A stretch of DNA of 63,229 bases, the filler included, from Sphacelaria rigidula (Eukaryota), in assembly GCA_964200075.2 (NCBI GenBank). It is 7 parts of 7 records of this genome, joined end to end, with 100 filler letters (N's around TTAATTAATTAA, not from the genome) between each part and the next. Parts side by side here need not be neighbours in the genome. Positions count along the whole stretch, not along the records: positions 18,097 to 27,043 come from CAXNAA020009680.1; positions 27,144 to 36,090 come from CAXNAA020009681.1; positions 36,191 to 45,137 come from CAXNAA020009682.1; 4 more parts are not named here. The stretch is one strand, 5' to 3'. How positions within the stretch are numbered: the stretch's first letter is position 1; each line of letters opens with the position of its first letter. Position numbers and translations under genes: made by a program. The notes below the pieces were generated by a model, which was not told the origin of the DNA, made no database searches, and saw nothing but the letters and a program-made list of their open reading frames with translations. Shown here piece after piece: positions 25,930 to 37,807 of the stretch.

Positions 25930-28391
25930 AAAACGGTCAAGCGATAAAAAAAACACGGGAAAATTCCGATGCGGGTAAACAGCGATTGCCCATCCCAACA
26001 AGCAGCTCAGTCGGTGGACCCTGCCACAAAATTAGATGCCCAAGTTTTCGCCAACGAAAAGAAACGCCAAAAGTGTGGTGGTGTCGGTTCAGGCACACGT
26101 TTCACTGCAGTAACGTTGATGTGTGGCGGTCACGGCCGCTGCAGTTCGTGTTCTTGCCTTGTTATGTTCACAATGACGGTAAACGTGGGGTGGCACCTCG
26201 AGGACGTGTGCTTCCGTAGTAGTACAGCAGCAGCAGCAGCTGGACACCTTTAATCTTGCAACAAGAGAAAGCAGCTGATGCATACTGTATACAGTCCGTG
26301 TTCAGGTTCTAAAAAACACTGCAGAACTGCTGTGTTGTGTTGCGTTCAGTGTAGTACTCTGTACTCTATATAATGGGGTCACGATTCGGGCAGTTTTTCG
26401 AAAAATTCTGCTTGTTTTTCTAAAAACATTTTGAAAAAAACGGAGATAGTTTCCTTCACAGCAATCCAATGCCGAATCTGGAATGGCCTGAGACAACAAC
26501 CAATTTGAAAATTGGAATTATATATATACCATGTATATATGGGAAGGAATATGTTGAAGCTGAAAAACACATTTCCTTCGTTGGAGGAAGCGACGTCGGC
26601 GAACGCTATTTTTCTCAACCAAGCTTGGTCATTCCCCTCGGGCGACGAACTGTGTCATCATTGTCCAGTAACTCGATGTACGTCTATGTGGACGTTTTCG
26701 CCGTCAGACAAAAGCCGCTCTGGGGACGAGGGGCGGGGTGGAGGCATATAGCGTAGGGATACTTGATTGGAAGCAGTCCATGCATGTGTTGATTTAGTGT
26801 GGAGCTCAATGTCTTCTGGCGCGGAGAGGGCCCTCCGCCCATAGTTCGTTTACGCAGCTCTCCATCCCCGAAATCCTCACTATCGACGTGCGACCCATCG
26901 TCTGCACCTTGGTATGCGTTGGGTTGGGATTAGGGTCAGGGGGAACGATATTTGTAAAATTGTGACAACCATGATTCCTTTTCTAGCATCGTTCCCACTC
27001 TATCGTTCAGAATCTTACAGAACGTTTTCCCTACCGTGCTCAGNNNNNNNNNNNNNNNNNNNNNNNNNNNNNNNNNNNNNNNNNNNNTTAATTAATTAAN
27101 NNNNNNNNNNNNNNNNNNNNNNNNNNNNNNNNNNNNNNNNNNNAAAAGGAGATTGAGGCTCGGCCGAAAAAGGGAAAAGCCGCGGGGGGGGGGGGGGGGG
27201 GGGGGGGGGGAAGGGGTAAGGAAGCGTTTTTGTGTTTTGGGGGAATTCAGATCGGCCGACCGCGCATTCCTCAGTTGTCGTAGATGGTGCGAGGCCACGT
27301 CAGCTTGTGCCACGAGGGTGATATATCGTTTTTGATGCGGTAGGCCTTCGGGATGATACTTCCGACCTGAGGTTCACGGGCGCAATATAATATAGAAGGA
27401 AAACGGCGAATGAAATATGAGCTGGTCATTGCATTTTTTGCTTGGCAGCCTTAGTTGCATTGTAGACAAAAAAAAACACGGACGAAAACATGGGGAGGCA
27501 AGGAAGGCAAACAACGATAATTTATAGTGACTTGCGTATTGGTTTGATGTAGACATAGCGGAGGCCTCGCTGACGAATTTTGGTTGTTTCACTTGTTATG
27601 GTTACTTCAGTGCGCGGGAGAAATTTCATTTTTCAATAAACGCCAGCACACTACTCTGCATGGCATCCCGTGGTGACAATGTTTTTCGTGAGATTGAGAG
27701 TTGGAGTTGATTGAAGTGGGTTTTATCATTCGCTTTAACTTCACCAATTTTTCATTCTGTGTGTGCTTTTCTTTGCTTTCAACACTGACGTTTACTTACA
27801 TATCTACGTCGATATCCTACTCAGGGATATCAAGGGCTTCAGTGGCAAGCTACTGCAGAAAGCGTATCGGGCCTCATGGAGGGGTATTTCGGGACTGAAA
27901 TCGTTCATTCATTGGCTGCTTCTCACTCTCGAGACTTCATACTCCTCCGGGGGACGGAGAGACGATGGCAGTATGATGGCAACAACAACAAAAGAGCGAC
28001 GCAAACCGCACATAGGAAAATCGCCCGCAAGTACGCGCGAGCGAACGAAAAGGCAACAGTTGAACAGAGGAGTGCATCGCCTGTACGACTGGGTGGCCAA
28101 TCGCGCTTTTTCAGCCTGCTCGCTCGAAAAATGATTCTGCTGTTAGCAGCATGCGGTATGTGCCAAGCCTAGGCAAGCTGCGACGTGAGTCAGAAAATTG
28201 TTGTCTGTGTGTATGGTGGCCATGTTTGGGCATAATTGTGATCGGAAAAATGGAGTCAATTGCTACGGTTTGCACAACGGTATAGTCACTGTTGTGTTTG
28301 ATTCTTCAGTTGAGGAATCTTGGGAAACGTTCTGTACTCGAGTGCAGGACAACAGCTATTGCATGGTCGATTGCTACAGTAGCCATGGAAA

Positions 28392-28570
28392 CTAGAGAGT
28401 TTTGGAAACCGTTTCTTCGCATTTTAGAGTCAGAGTGGAACGGGGGGGAAGCGGGTAACGGTGCACGTTCCGCTATGACACATTTTTCAGAGCAACGTTT
28501 CAGAGTCAGAGTCCAGTTCGGAGCACTCCACTCTGAAAACCGATGTGCCTCTTCAAAGTTCATAGCGGAG
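28392..28570 (+). repeat. Dispersed repeat, homologous to about 45452-45635
   Basis: Shared TTCGCATTT..TCAGA.TGGAA.GG.GGG.AAGC.GGTAACGGTG..GTCAGAGTCC.GTT.GGAGCA.TCCAC.CTGAA..CCGATGTG. Confidence 0.65.
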
Positions 28571-28884
28571 CGAAAAAAAAGAAAAGCTCCGATCATCGTC
28601 AAACTTGGCAGCTTGGTAGATATGGGTGCTACGAATGGAAACAGTAAAACGTTGAAGAATATTTCAAAGTTTATTTGCTCTCAACCAGCTTCCGCGGGTC
28701 TCAGCGTGAAGACCCCCAGAAGTTGGTAAATATTGATTTGAAATTAAAAAAAAAGTTGATCAGTCTCAAGGTAGTCCGAGGAACGTTTATACAAAGTTTC
28801 CTTGCGTGGCTCGAAAATATGATCCCAAACTGTTGATTCAACTTCAAGCGCACAAGGAAAACTTGGGTAGCATACTAAAATAAT

Positions 28885-30217
28885 TAGGGCTGTGAACGGA
28901 CCAGTTTGTACTTGCAGTTAAATTGGAACAGAAGTTTAACTGGAACTGGTGATGAGGACTCCAGTTTATCCAGTTTATTTGAAGTTTGCCGTTACCTGCT
29001 ATGTTTATTCCATTTTTAGTATGGTGATTTTGCAACAAAATACTTACATGACTACGAACAAAATGACAGTAGGATTGGGGTCTGTACCTGACAACAGTAC
29101 AGGTACAGCCAGTACAACAGTACAGTACTCGTGGTCACTACACCTCGAGGTAATATTGAAGATATATGCCAGGTTTATAGTTTCATAGCACGACATCTGG
29201 AATCAAAAGTAGAAAACAAACGGTAATCCGCAACCACAAAATACAAGGTACACCATGGCTTGCACTTTAACTGCATGCGTGCTTGTGGTTCCGGACGTGA
29301 ATCATTCTGCACTCTTATCCCCGCGTGCTGCCAGCCTTGGCTTCTTTGCATTTTCCTCTCCTCACGGAGAGTCTGCTGCTGCACATTACAGATTAATGAT
29401 TTTCGAATCGCTGACCGCTTTGAATGGGATTTGAATGTCGTCCGAGAGTGCCCCTTTTTTTTAATCCTGGAGTTTTTCGGGGGGACGGGGGTGGGACGGG
29501 TTCCTAAATCCCATACACGAATAAAAAACTAAAAAGTACTTGATACAAAAATTAAAATACGTGTTGATGAATGTTCCATCATTCGCTAAATATTGTTTTT
29601 TATTAATGGGTTTCGGCACTGCATTGCACATCACACTTCCACGACAAGAAGAAGACCAGACAAATACCACAATGCTCTGCAATGCTTGCTCAGTCAAGCT
29701 AAACGTATCTATCTACATCGTCAATTTGCGTCCCATGTGCGTCGCACCTTGTGGTGGCAGATAGGGCCAATAATCATGGGCGCTACCTCACTCAAGTCGC
29801 CCCAAAATGGATTTATTGAGTGTTTTCTTATGTGAAAGAAAAGTAAATAAGAACTACGGCCGCCGGAGGGGGTACGGGGGAGGGGGGAGGGGAGAGGAGG
29901 GAGGGGTGTGTGCACAGAGTCTCGGAGTTTCTTTTCGGGGCACTCCTGTGCCATCTAAGACGTTTAGCTCCTCGATATGAGGGGTCAAATTTTCTACAAT
30001 TTTCCACACTTTTGAAGGAAAAACAAGCCAAATAACGCAATTTTTGTCACCTCCGGCGGCGCTCCGCGGGGCCCCTTCACCAGCCGGGGGGGGGGCGTTA
30101 GCGGCGAGCGGCGTAATTTAATCGGCAAAGCTGATTAACTGGAAAACAATCGATGTACTGGCCGCTGGCGCGGCCAGTTTCAACTTAACTGACCAGAGCA
30201 GCCAGTTCACAGCCCTA
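28885..30217. mobile_element. hAT-like non-autonomous TIR element (about 1.3 kb)
   Basis: TAGGGCTGTGAAC at 28885 and GTTCACAGCCCTA ending at 30217. The right end (about 250 bp) recurs inverted at 57057-57285. The candidate 8-bp TSD matches only 5/8. Confidence 0.6.
29392..29439 (+). pseudogene. SNF5/SMARCB1 repeat-domain-like exon fragment
   Basis: A pyrimidine-rich tract and TACAG acceptor are followed by INDFRIADRFEWDLN, which resembles the SNF5 D-x-FEWD motif. Similarity stops abruptly. Confidence 0.5.
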
Positions 30218-30640
30218 ATTATGATGTATTTGGGGGTACCTCTATGTACTTTAACTCGCAAGCGCCAAGTACTAATGATAAGGTTTGAGATAAAAATGTA
30301 TTTTTAACACCTAGACCGCGATGCGGGTAAATCATCTGGATCATGTACACTTTGTGCTGAATGAAAGCTGAAAAAATGCTGAGAAAGGCAACAGTAGAAC
30401 TTCATCATGAACTACGGGAGAGTTGACAGCGATACCATCGGTGACTAGTGTGTCTCAACCCTTTGATCACGAGGCTAGGCCATCTGACCATGCAGTCGTT
30501 TTTCGAGTGGAGTTGATGCTGATCCAACACACGATCTACGCTCGCGGTCAAAGGGTTAATTAATGGTACTCATGTTGGCCCTGGTTGGGTATATTCGCGG
30601 ATTGATTCCACGTGGAAGGATGTTTTCAGTTGAAGAGATG

Positions 30641-33600
30641 TGTGAACTATGCTTCGCTAGGGGTGAGGCAGTAGAGTTACGGGTCCCGAAAAAAGACCTT
30701 GTTGTACCCTGCTGCCGAAGGATCTCCACAGCGATGCGTGATTCTCCTTCTTGTCATTCAGGCAAGGATCCGACCGTGACCGATGGTAGGCAAGGAGGAG
30801 AAGTCAACGAGGTGGTACGGTAGTACTAGCTACGTTCTACCAGAGTTCATGCGGTGGCCACGTTGTTTCGGGCTCTTGTACCGGAGATTCAGTTTGCCTA
30901 GGATGCCCAGGATCCAGTTTCACAGGTTTGAATGTTGCGGGTCCGCTCATGTGTGTCACTGGCGGACCCCGTTCCTGAGACTGTTTGTCCGGCTTACATG
31001 TGTATTCGGATGTTCGTTATGCTCATACATACGTGGTCTCCACATCACCCCTCCCTTTTGACGCGCCTCAAGTCTCTCTATTCGAGGGACTGAGGCGATC
31101 ATTTATGAAGGGAACGATAACAAGTTGGGTTCCTCAATGTATGTGTGTTACGATACCATTATGCTGGTCTGTGTGAGAACGTGTCATATCCTCTAGAGTT
31201 TCGTGTTGAGTAAACACAAGACAGTAAAATTTATCGACGTTCGCATCCAGGTCCATGCAATCAGCGTACTTGTATCGGCGGGTGGTGACTTCAAATCTGT
31301 GTGATCAGTACAGACTCTGATGACCCCATAGATGCTGACTCATGGGCGGTTCAGTGGAACACATTGTGTTTTCGGATGGGAATGGGCTGCCGGCCCGCGT
31401 TTTACTCGTACACTGATCCCGTGGTGATTACCGTACGACATGGTAACACTTGCGTCTGGGGAAGACAAATATCAAGACAAAAAGAGAATGGTGGCTGTTA
31501 TTTGTATGTCTGGAGTGGTATACTCCAAGATTTAAAATTTTACACGGCTATCCTCGCCAGCAATCCCACCATTTTGCTGGTCAGAGCTAAGACCTTTGGG
31601 TCAAGTCTCTCTCCACCGCTGATGTCCTTGCGGTCGCGGTGACTATGGCATCAATCCTCTCTTGTCTTGATTTTATACCGAACGCGTCTGCACGTAGTGG
31701 GAAATTTCCCTGCAAATGCACGTTTCCGGGCATCATTCTTTATGGGAAACTTGGTTTCTCGCTTGAACAGTTTCACTAACGCGTTTCTTTTCTTCGTGAT
31801 ATGAGACGGTGGGTCTGGTGGAGGTCCGCCAATCAGTATTGCATGATTCTGTACGCGTTTATGAGATGTTGACATTGGGGAACCTCGTCCGCACTATACT
31901 CTTGGTCAGCCGATGGACCGTAGCCTTTGAATCTGAGGTGGTATTTATAGTTGAGGTCACTTTTTTCCCTGGGCTTCGTTGATGTCTCACCACTTTGTCG
32001 ACGGTGTAGCATTCGATGTTTCCGGTCGTGCTACATCTGGGCGGTCAACCTCTGGAAGAGGCAATATTTTCCTCGAGAAAAAGTCGGCAAGTCGATCAAA
32101 ATCGGATGCCGTTGCTTTCTCCTGTGGGTAATGCTTTTTCCAGTGAGCCAAGCCAAGTGTATCGATGTTTGCTTTGCGTGGTCGCCCAACTTGACTTTGT
32201 ATACTAGTGGCGATACTTTGGAAAAGATAACGCCATTTGCATGGATGGTTCCATAGCTGTCGTCCTTGACTGAACTGCGCATTGGCAGCATAGCGTGTAG
32301 ATTGGAGCGTACTCGCTCTGAGACTGCGTTGCCTTGGGTTCTGAATGGAGTTGTGCGGGTTGTCTCGAAGTGCAGAAGTGTCTTTTAATAGCTGGTGGAT
32401 TACTCGATTCTAAAATTATTTCCCTTGATTGATCAGAGTAAACTTTTCCGGAATGCCGAATGTTGTTAAAACTCCGACAACTAGCATCTGTCGCACCTTC
32501 ATGGCTGACTTGTTCAGAATCGGGATAAAAAGTGCATCGCGCGTCTAATGATCCATCACGGAATTGACGTATTTACAAGTCACTTCAGCTGAGGATTTCG
32601 TTTCGTATATGCACTTGTCGACGACTTCTTGTACCCTTGGGTTGGCTCTGTAGGGTGTCTGTCGACGTGTTGTGTAACCGGTTGGAGTGAACATTTAGCT
32701 TTACTTATCGTTCAGCATCCTAACCCCTGCGGTGGAGATGAAAAGATTGTCCGATATTTAGTGCACAGTTCGAGTACTTGGGCCTCTATTCCTGCGAAAA
32801 ATGTGCGGCTTTGTAAAGAAGTGGGATAAAAAGTGCATCGTGCGTCTCATGATCCATCACAAAAGTGACGTTTTTACAAGGCACATCAGCTGAGGATTTC
32901 ACTTCGTATACACACTTGTCGATGACTTACTGTGCTCTTGGCTTGACCCTGTAGGGCGTCTGTCGACGTGTTGAGTAACCGGTTGGAGTGGACATTTACC
33001 TCCACTTATCGTTCAGCACCCTAACCCCTGCGGTGAACACGAAAATATTCTCCGGTATCGAGTACACAGATCGAGGACTTTGGTCTCTCTGTTCCTGCGA
33101 CTTGATTTTAGCGACTGCACTGCCTGTGTTTGTCTTTTCACTGTTCGGACCTCTCTTTGATGCACGTGGAGCGTATCCTCACAAAGTGTTTCGTTCAATA
33201 CGAACGTGCCTGCTGGATGGATTGGCGACCTGAACCATAGCCGTCTTATTCACCGTTGACCATGTACAAATTTCGTGCCACGATCAGACGTTTGAAACTG
33301 ATGGCATGTCCAACGATTGAACGCCCTGTTCGGTGACTACACGCGGCTCAATTAACGCAGTGAAGAGCACTTCAGGAGGCTCATCCGAGTCGACATGAAT
33401 AGCCATCTCAGTTTGCGGAGTAACAACACACTATTTCTGAGAAATACTGGGACATGTTGCGCCGCAGTTGCTAGTCTGACAACGGAACATACGCCATGTC
33501 CCCTGAGTGTACAGTTGCTTTGCCCGTTCCGTCTCTTGTGTGTAGTTATGATACTAACATCAGAATCACGGAACGATTATGTCACAGCTTCCCAGTCTAA

Positions 33601-35612
33601 AATGCCTCCAAACGCTCTCATCAGTGGAATATCAATCAGCATGTTTCGTACTCGTAAAACACGTGCTTCAGCGGGTAGACTTGTTTTTGCTTTTTTTCAA
33701 CGTGAGGTCGGAATGCATGAAACTGGCTACTGTTGATGGGTGATTTGTCCACGTTTCTAAGATCGAAAGATGTGCTTGAGACTGGTTTGATGTCCACCTT
33801 GCTCAGAGTACGATGCAAACGGAAGAATTTCAGGCTGATAGGAAGATCTGAAGTGGATCTTTCGTCAGGGCCTGCTCAGCACTATTATTTATTCTAGCTG
33901 GTACCTGGACTCTTACCGAAGCCGGATGTATCGTTACAGGTCCCTTCGGGTGCTGTGCTAACGATGACATGTGGGAAAGTGGACCGCTTCCAAGTGTTGA
34001 CAATTTTGGAGTCCGAAAATTCGACGGTGGTTTGCATTGATTATACATGACGCTTAAGCTATGACAGCTACTTGCGGAACACTCTCCAAGTACGAAGGCT
34101 GGTTACTCTGCGCCATTTTTCGACTCGTGTTGCGCACTCTGAGCTTTTGCTTGACCCTATCATGTACTTTCCTATCTCTTTGTGAGACTTCGCGCATGAT
34201 CCCACTGAAGAGGCTACTGTATGGCAAGCAAATAACCTTTCTCGATGTTGAACAGTAATTGTTCCAGGTAAAGATGCAGACGTATCCAGGTGCCACATCT
34301 GACTAGAACGCGACCCAATAATCTTCTAGAGGGAGCATGAGCAGTTCTGATTAGCAATGAACAGCCACTGCTGTACCGTTACCGATCCCTTGGGGTACTG
34401 CGCAAAATGCCACATGGTATAAGTCTCAACAGTTTTGGATCCGTGTCCGGTGTAACGCTTTTCGATGGCTGCTATACAGGCTGCTTAGGAACTAATTCCA
34501 AGTACGGAGGCTGGTTATATTGTACACCGCACTCTTTTTTTCGACCTATGTTGCTCTTGTTCAGGGCATTCTTTATCCTAATCTGTACTTTCACGTCACA
34601 ACTGGGGGCTGCTTTAGTGCCTCACCGGAGCAGTTACTATACTGACTAAACACCTCGCTTCTCCCGTACATGTTTCACCAGAGGGTTGGTACTTTTCTTC
34701 GATTGCATGCGCTTTGAGAGGTGAAAAAATGAACCATCTGTCGTTTGCAACTCTTCTCAACTTATGAGCTGAGATTCGGCACGACCGCCCAATACACCCT
34801 CTTCTATCGCTTGCTAAATGGTAGACCATGACATGGTGCATTCGCAGGTTGGGTAGAATTTTGTCAGTGCGATTTCGAGTCACCGCGTTTCCAGGGGTCA
34901 GTTCGCTTGATTGACAGCCGTGTCTCCTGCACTATGGTGGTGGGAGGTGGGTTGATAAGTGCAGTTTCGCTCTTTGACTAGCCCAGCTGGTAACATATAA
35001 TGCACACTTGAGGCTAATTCTGCGTTTCGCTGACTCCTACAACCGTCTCAACTCGAATTACTGTGCACACATGACCCATACGTTTTACCTGCTGAAGCGT
35101 TCCTAGGTTCCTTTTGTTTCGGATGGTGTCGCCATCGGTGAGGCAGTGTGCTCCGCACGTCAAAGTGCTCTGCACGCGTAGCTTTAAATCTCTTCGTTGA
35201 CGCCACTGTAAACTAGGCTTCGCTAGGGGTGAGGCAGTAGAGTTACGGGTCCCGAAAAAAGACCTTGTTGTACCCTGCTGCCGAAGGATCTCCACAGCGA
35301 TGCGTACTTCTCCCTCTCTCGTCATTCAGGCAAGGATCCGACCGTGACCGATGGTAGGCAAGGAGGAGAAGTCAACGAGGTGGTACGGTAATACCAGCTA
35401 CGTTCTACCAGAGTTCATGCGGTGGCTACGTTGTTTCGGGCTCTTGTACCGGAGATTCCATTTGTCTAGGATGCCCAGGATCCAGTTTCACAGGTTTGAA
35501 CGTTTCGGGTCCGCTCATGTGTGTCACTGGCGGACCCCGTTCCTGAGACTGTTTGTCCGGCTTACATGTGTATTCGGATGTTCGTTATGCTCATACATAC
35601 GTGGTCTCCGCA
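30641..35612 (-). mobile_element. Degenerate Ty3/gypsy LTR retrotransposon with paired LTRs and integrase relic; no recognisable RT
   Basis: Direct repeats at 30641-31043 and 35207-35612 start TG(T/C)GGAGACC on the minus strand, with PPT AAAGGGAGGGGTGA next to the 3' LTR. Integrase relics: KYVNSVMDH*TR..IPILNKSA..FGIPEK, RTTPFRTQGNAVSERVRSNLHAML and KVSPLVYKVKL (about 32130-32600). Confidence 0.85.
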
Positions 35613-36012
35613 GATGAGGTCAATTGCTACGGTTGGCACTACTTTGCACAACGTTTTAGTCACTGTTATGTATGGTCCTGTAGTGGACGGATCGTGGAAT
35701 ATTCTGTACATGGGTGCAAAGCAACAGCTGTTGCATGGTTGAGTGGTACCGTAATAATGCACATTATTTACTTCTTGACTCTATCCATCTGAGCTTCTTG
35801 CGACCGTGCTTGTGGTCCAAGTCCTGCTTCTCTGTGAGCCGAACCCACTACGACTCATCACCTGTAACCTGCGGTTTGCGTAACACTAGTTTACCCTTTT
35901 GGAACCGGACTGCTCACAATGGTATGTCTGCGGGAGGTGTTCATTTGCATTGTTTTGAAGTCGAAATGACGCCGATTCAGGAAAAGGCCCATTTTGAGCT
36001 CAAAACAACACA

Positions 36013-36090
36013 GCCGCGCCCCGGTGGTGTAATGGTCCGACTGTCGCCACTAGGGTGGAGAGAATGGGGGTTCGATTCCCGATGCGTTGG
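36013..36090 (+). mobile_element. tRNA-derived SINE family A head, truncated by the contig end
   Basis: A-box TGGTGTAATGG and B-box GGTTCGATTCC; matches the heads of the other copies. Confidence 0.8.
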
Positions 36091-36728
36091 NNNNNNNNNN
36101 NNNNNNNNNNNNNNNNNNNNNNNNNNNNNNNNNNTTAATTAATTAANNNNNNNNNNNNNNNNNNNNNNNNNNNNNNNNNNNNNNNNNNNNCGCGGTGGTC
36201 TATACTGCAGTAGCTGACGGTACATAACACCCCCATGTACGCAAAGTTACGGGCATCCGCTCTGTATAGCCATACGTGGCCCATATGCCACGCTGTAACT
36301 CTGCAGTATATTGCATCGTACATGTGTAAGCACGATATATAGTGCTGTTGTCCTGTACGGTATTGTATGCAGGCCAGTATATACAGCACCAAACCGCGTG
36401 CTTATTCTCGTTATTGTCGTCTCAAAGTACATGCATGAAAAACATGTTTTTCTGTTCATGTTCGATTCGTAGACCACGGACTACCGGGTTTTGAAAACCT
36501 GTATGTATAGAAAGGCAAGGTATGTCCCCGTCCCCCACCATATACCCACCGGCGAATGCTGCATAACGCGGCCGTGTGAACATACATTCGAATGTGGGAC
36601 TTGAACAGCAGAGGCTGCTCGTAAACAAGTCTTTCCTTTGCTCAATTACAGGATGAATTGATGGGCAAAAGGAAAATTTGTTTCGAACAGCTTTCGCTTT
36701 ACAAATTCCACCTACCAGTGTAAATGGG

Positions 36729-36819
36729 ATTTGTACAGCCTGTGCTGTTCGAAAATATTCCTCTCTGCCCGACGTCGGGTATGAAGGATTTCTTTCGAAC
36801 AGCACAGGTTGTACAAATT
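36729..36819. repeat. Inverted repeat, probable transposon subterminal motif
   Basis: ATTTGTACAGCCTGTGCTGTTCGAAA paired with TTTCGAACAGCACAGGTTGTACAAAT; related motifs occur at about 18540-18740. Confidence 0.65.
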
Positions 36820-37379
36820 GCATTTTCCATAGCATGCGCATGCTTCAAAAACAATCCAGAGGATTTCGACACAGACGTTCGAGGGAGACTCCAACCTTGA
36901 AAACCCTCTAGAGACAAATGCCCAATACCCTCTAAAGGATTACAAATGCCCAATATCCTCTAGAGGGCATTTTAAAAACGGACGCTAGGGAGGGTTTCGT
37001 TATACGAAATCCTCTACAGGTAGCCAAATTGCCGCGTGTGCAGCGGCTGGCCGGCGCGCCGCGGCTGCGACCGCCGCAGCTGGTAGCGACGGTTCTGGCT
37101 CGAAAAAGCCCCATATACCTGGTCTCACCGCACAGAACTGTCGTCGGCGGCTGGCCGGCGCGCCGCGGCTGCAGCAGCCGATGATGAGCCAAATAGCGTG
37201 CTCAACAAAAATGCAGCCCCGAGGCTGTTGGCGATGTGTGGATCATAGGCGCGATGCTTATGTCGATTCTACGGCGGGAGCAAGTACAGTTCCGCAGGAA
37301 TCTCTGCTTCAAGGTGAGGTGTATTGCAAGTTGACAGATTTATATCCGCGCGATAGACTTGTGTTCGATGACCTGTAGC

Positions 37380-37800
37380 TGAGGACACGCCTTGCATGCT
37401 CGAAGCTGCAGGGGGCGTTATTCGCGTCATGCGGACGAGCAGAGCAAGCTTGGGACTCGCCATGCACATGGCACATCTGTGTGCGCCGATGATATGACGG
37501 GAGATGGTTCAGATGATTCGCAGGGGTGCCTGCTTGAGAGAATGCTGGATGCACCGTTGGCGGAGTTGCCGCCGGAGCAGCGTGGCGCTGTGGAGACGCC
37601 TTGCATGCTCGAAGCAGCAGGGTTGTGTGACCCGCGTGAAGGGGGTAGGCAAAGCGAGCTTCAGGCTTGTGATACTATTAGCGGTCATGATTCCTACAGC
37701 GACGTCGAACGTTGCGTAGTGGGGTGGTCATATGCACTGCTATTTACATGGGCAGGTTTGTTGTGCTTGGCGTCGTTGGTCAGGTGTTCGAGGAGGGTGG
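37380..37800 (+). mobile_element. Fragment of the LTR-element family at 51050-54180
   Basis: Homologous to about 52335-52770 (CTTGCATGCTCGAAGCTGCAGGGGGCGTTATTCGCG...). Confidence 0.7.
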
Positions 37801-37807
37801 TATGATG

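Noticed and set aside
36013..36090. Functional tRNA gene
   Set aside because: A and B boxes are present, but there is no convincing cloverleaf and it matches the SINE family A head.
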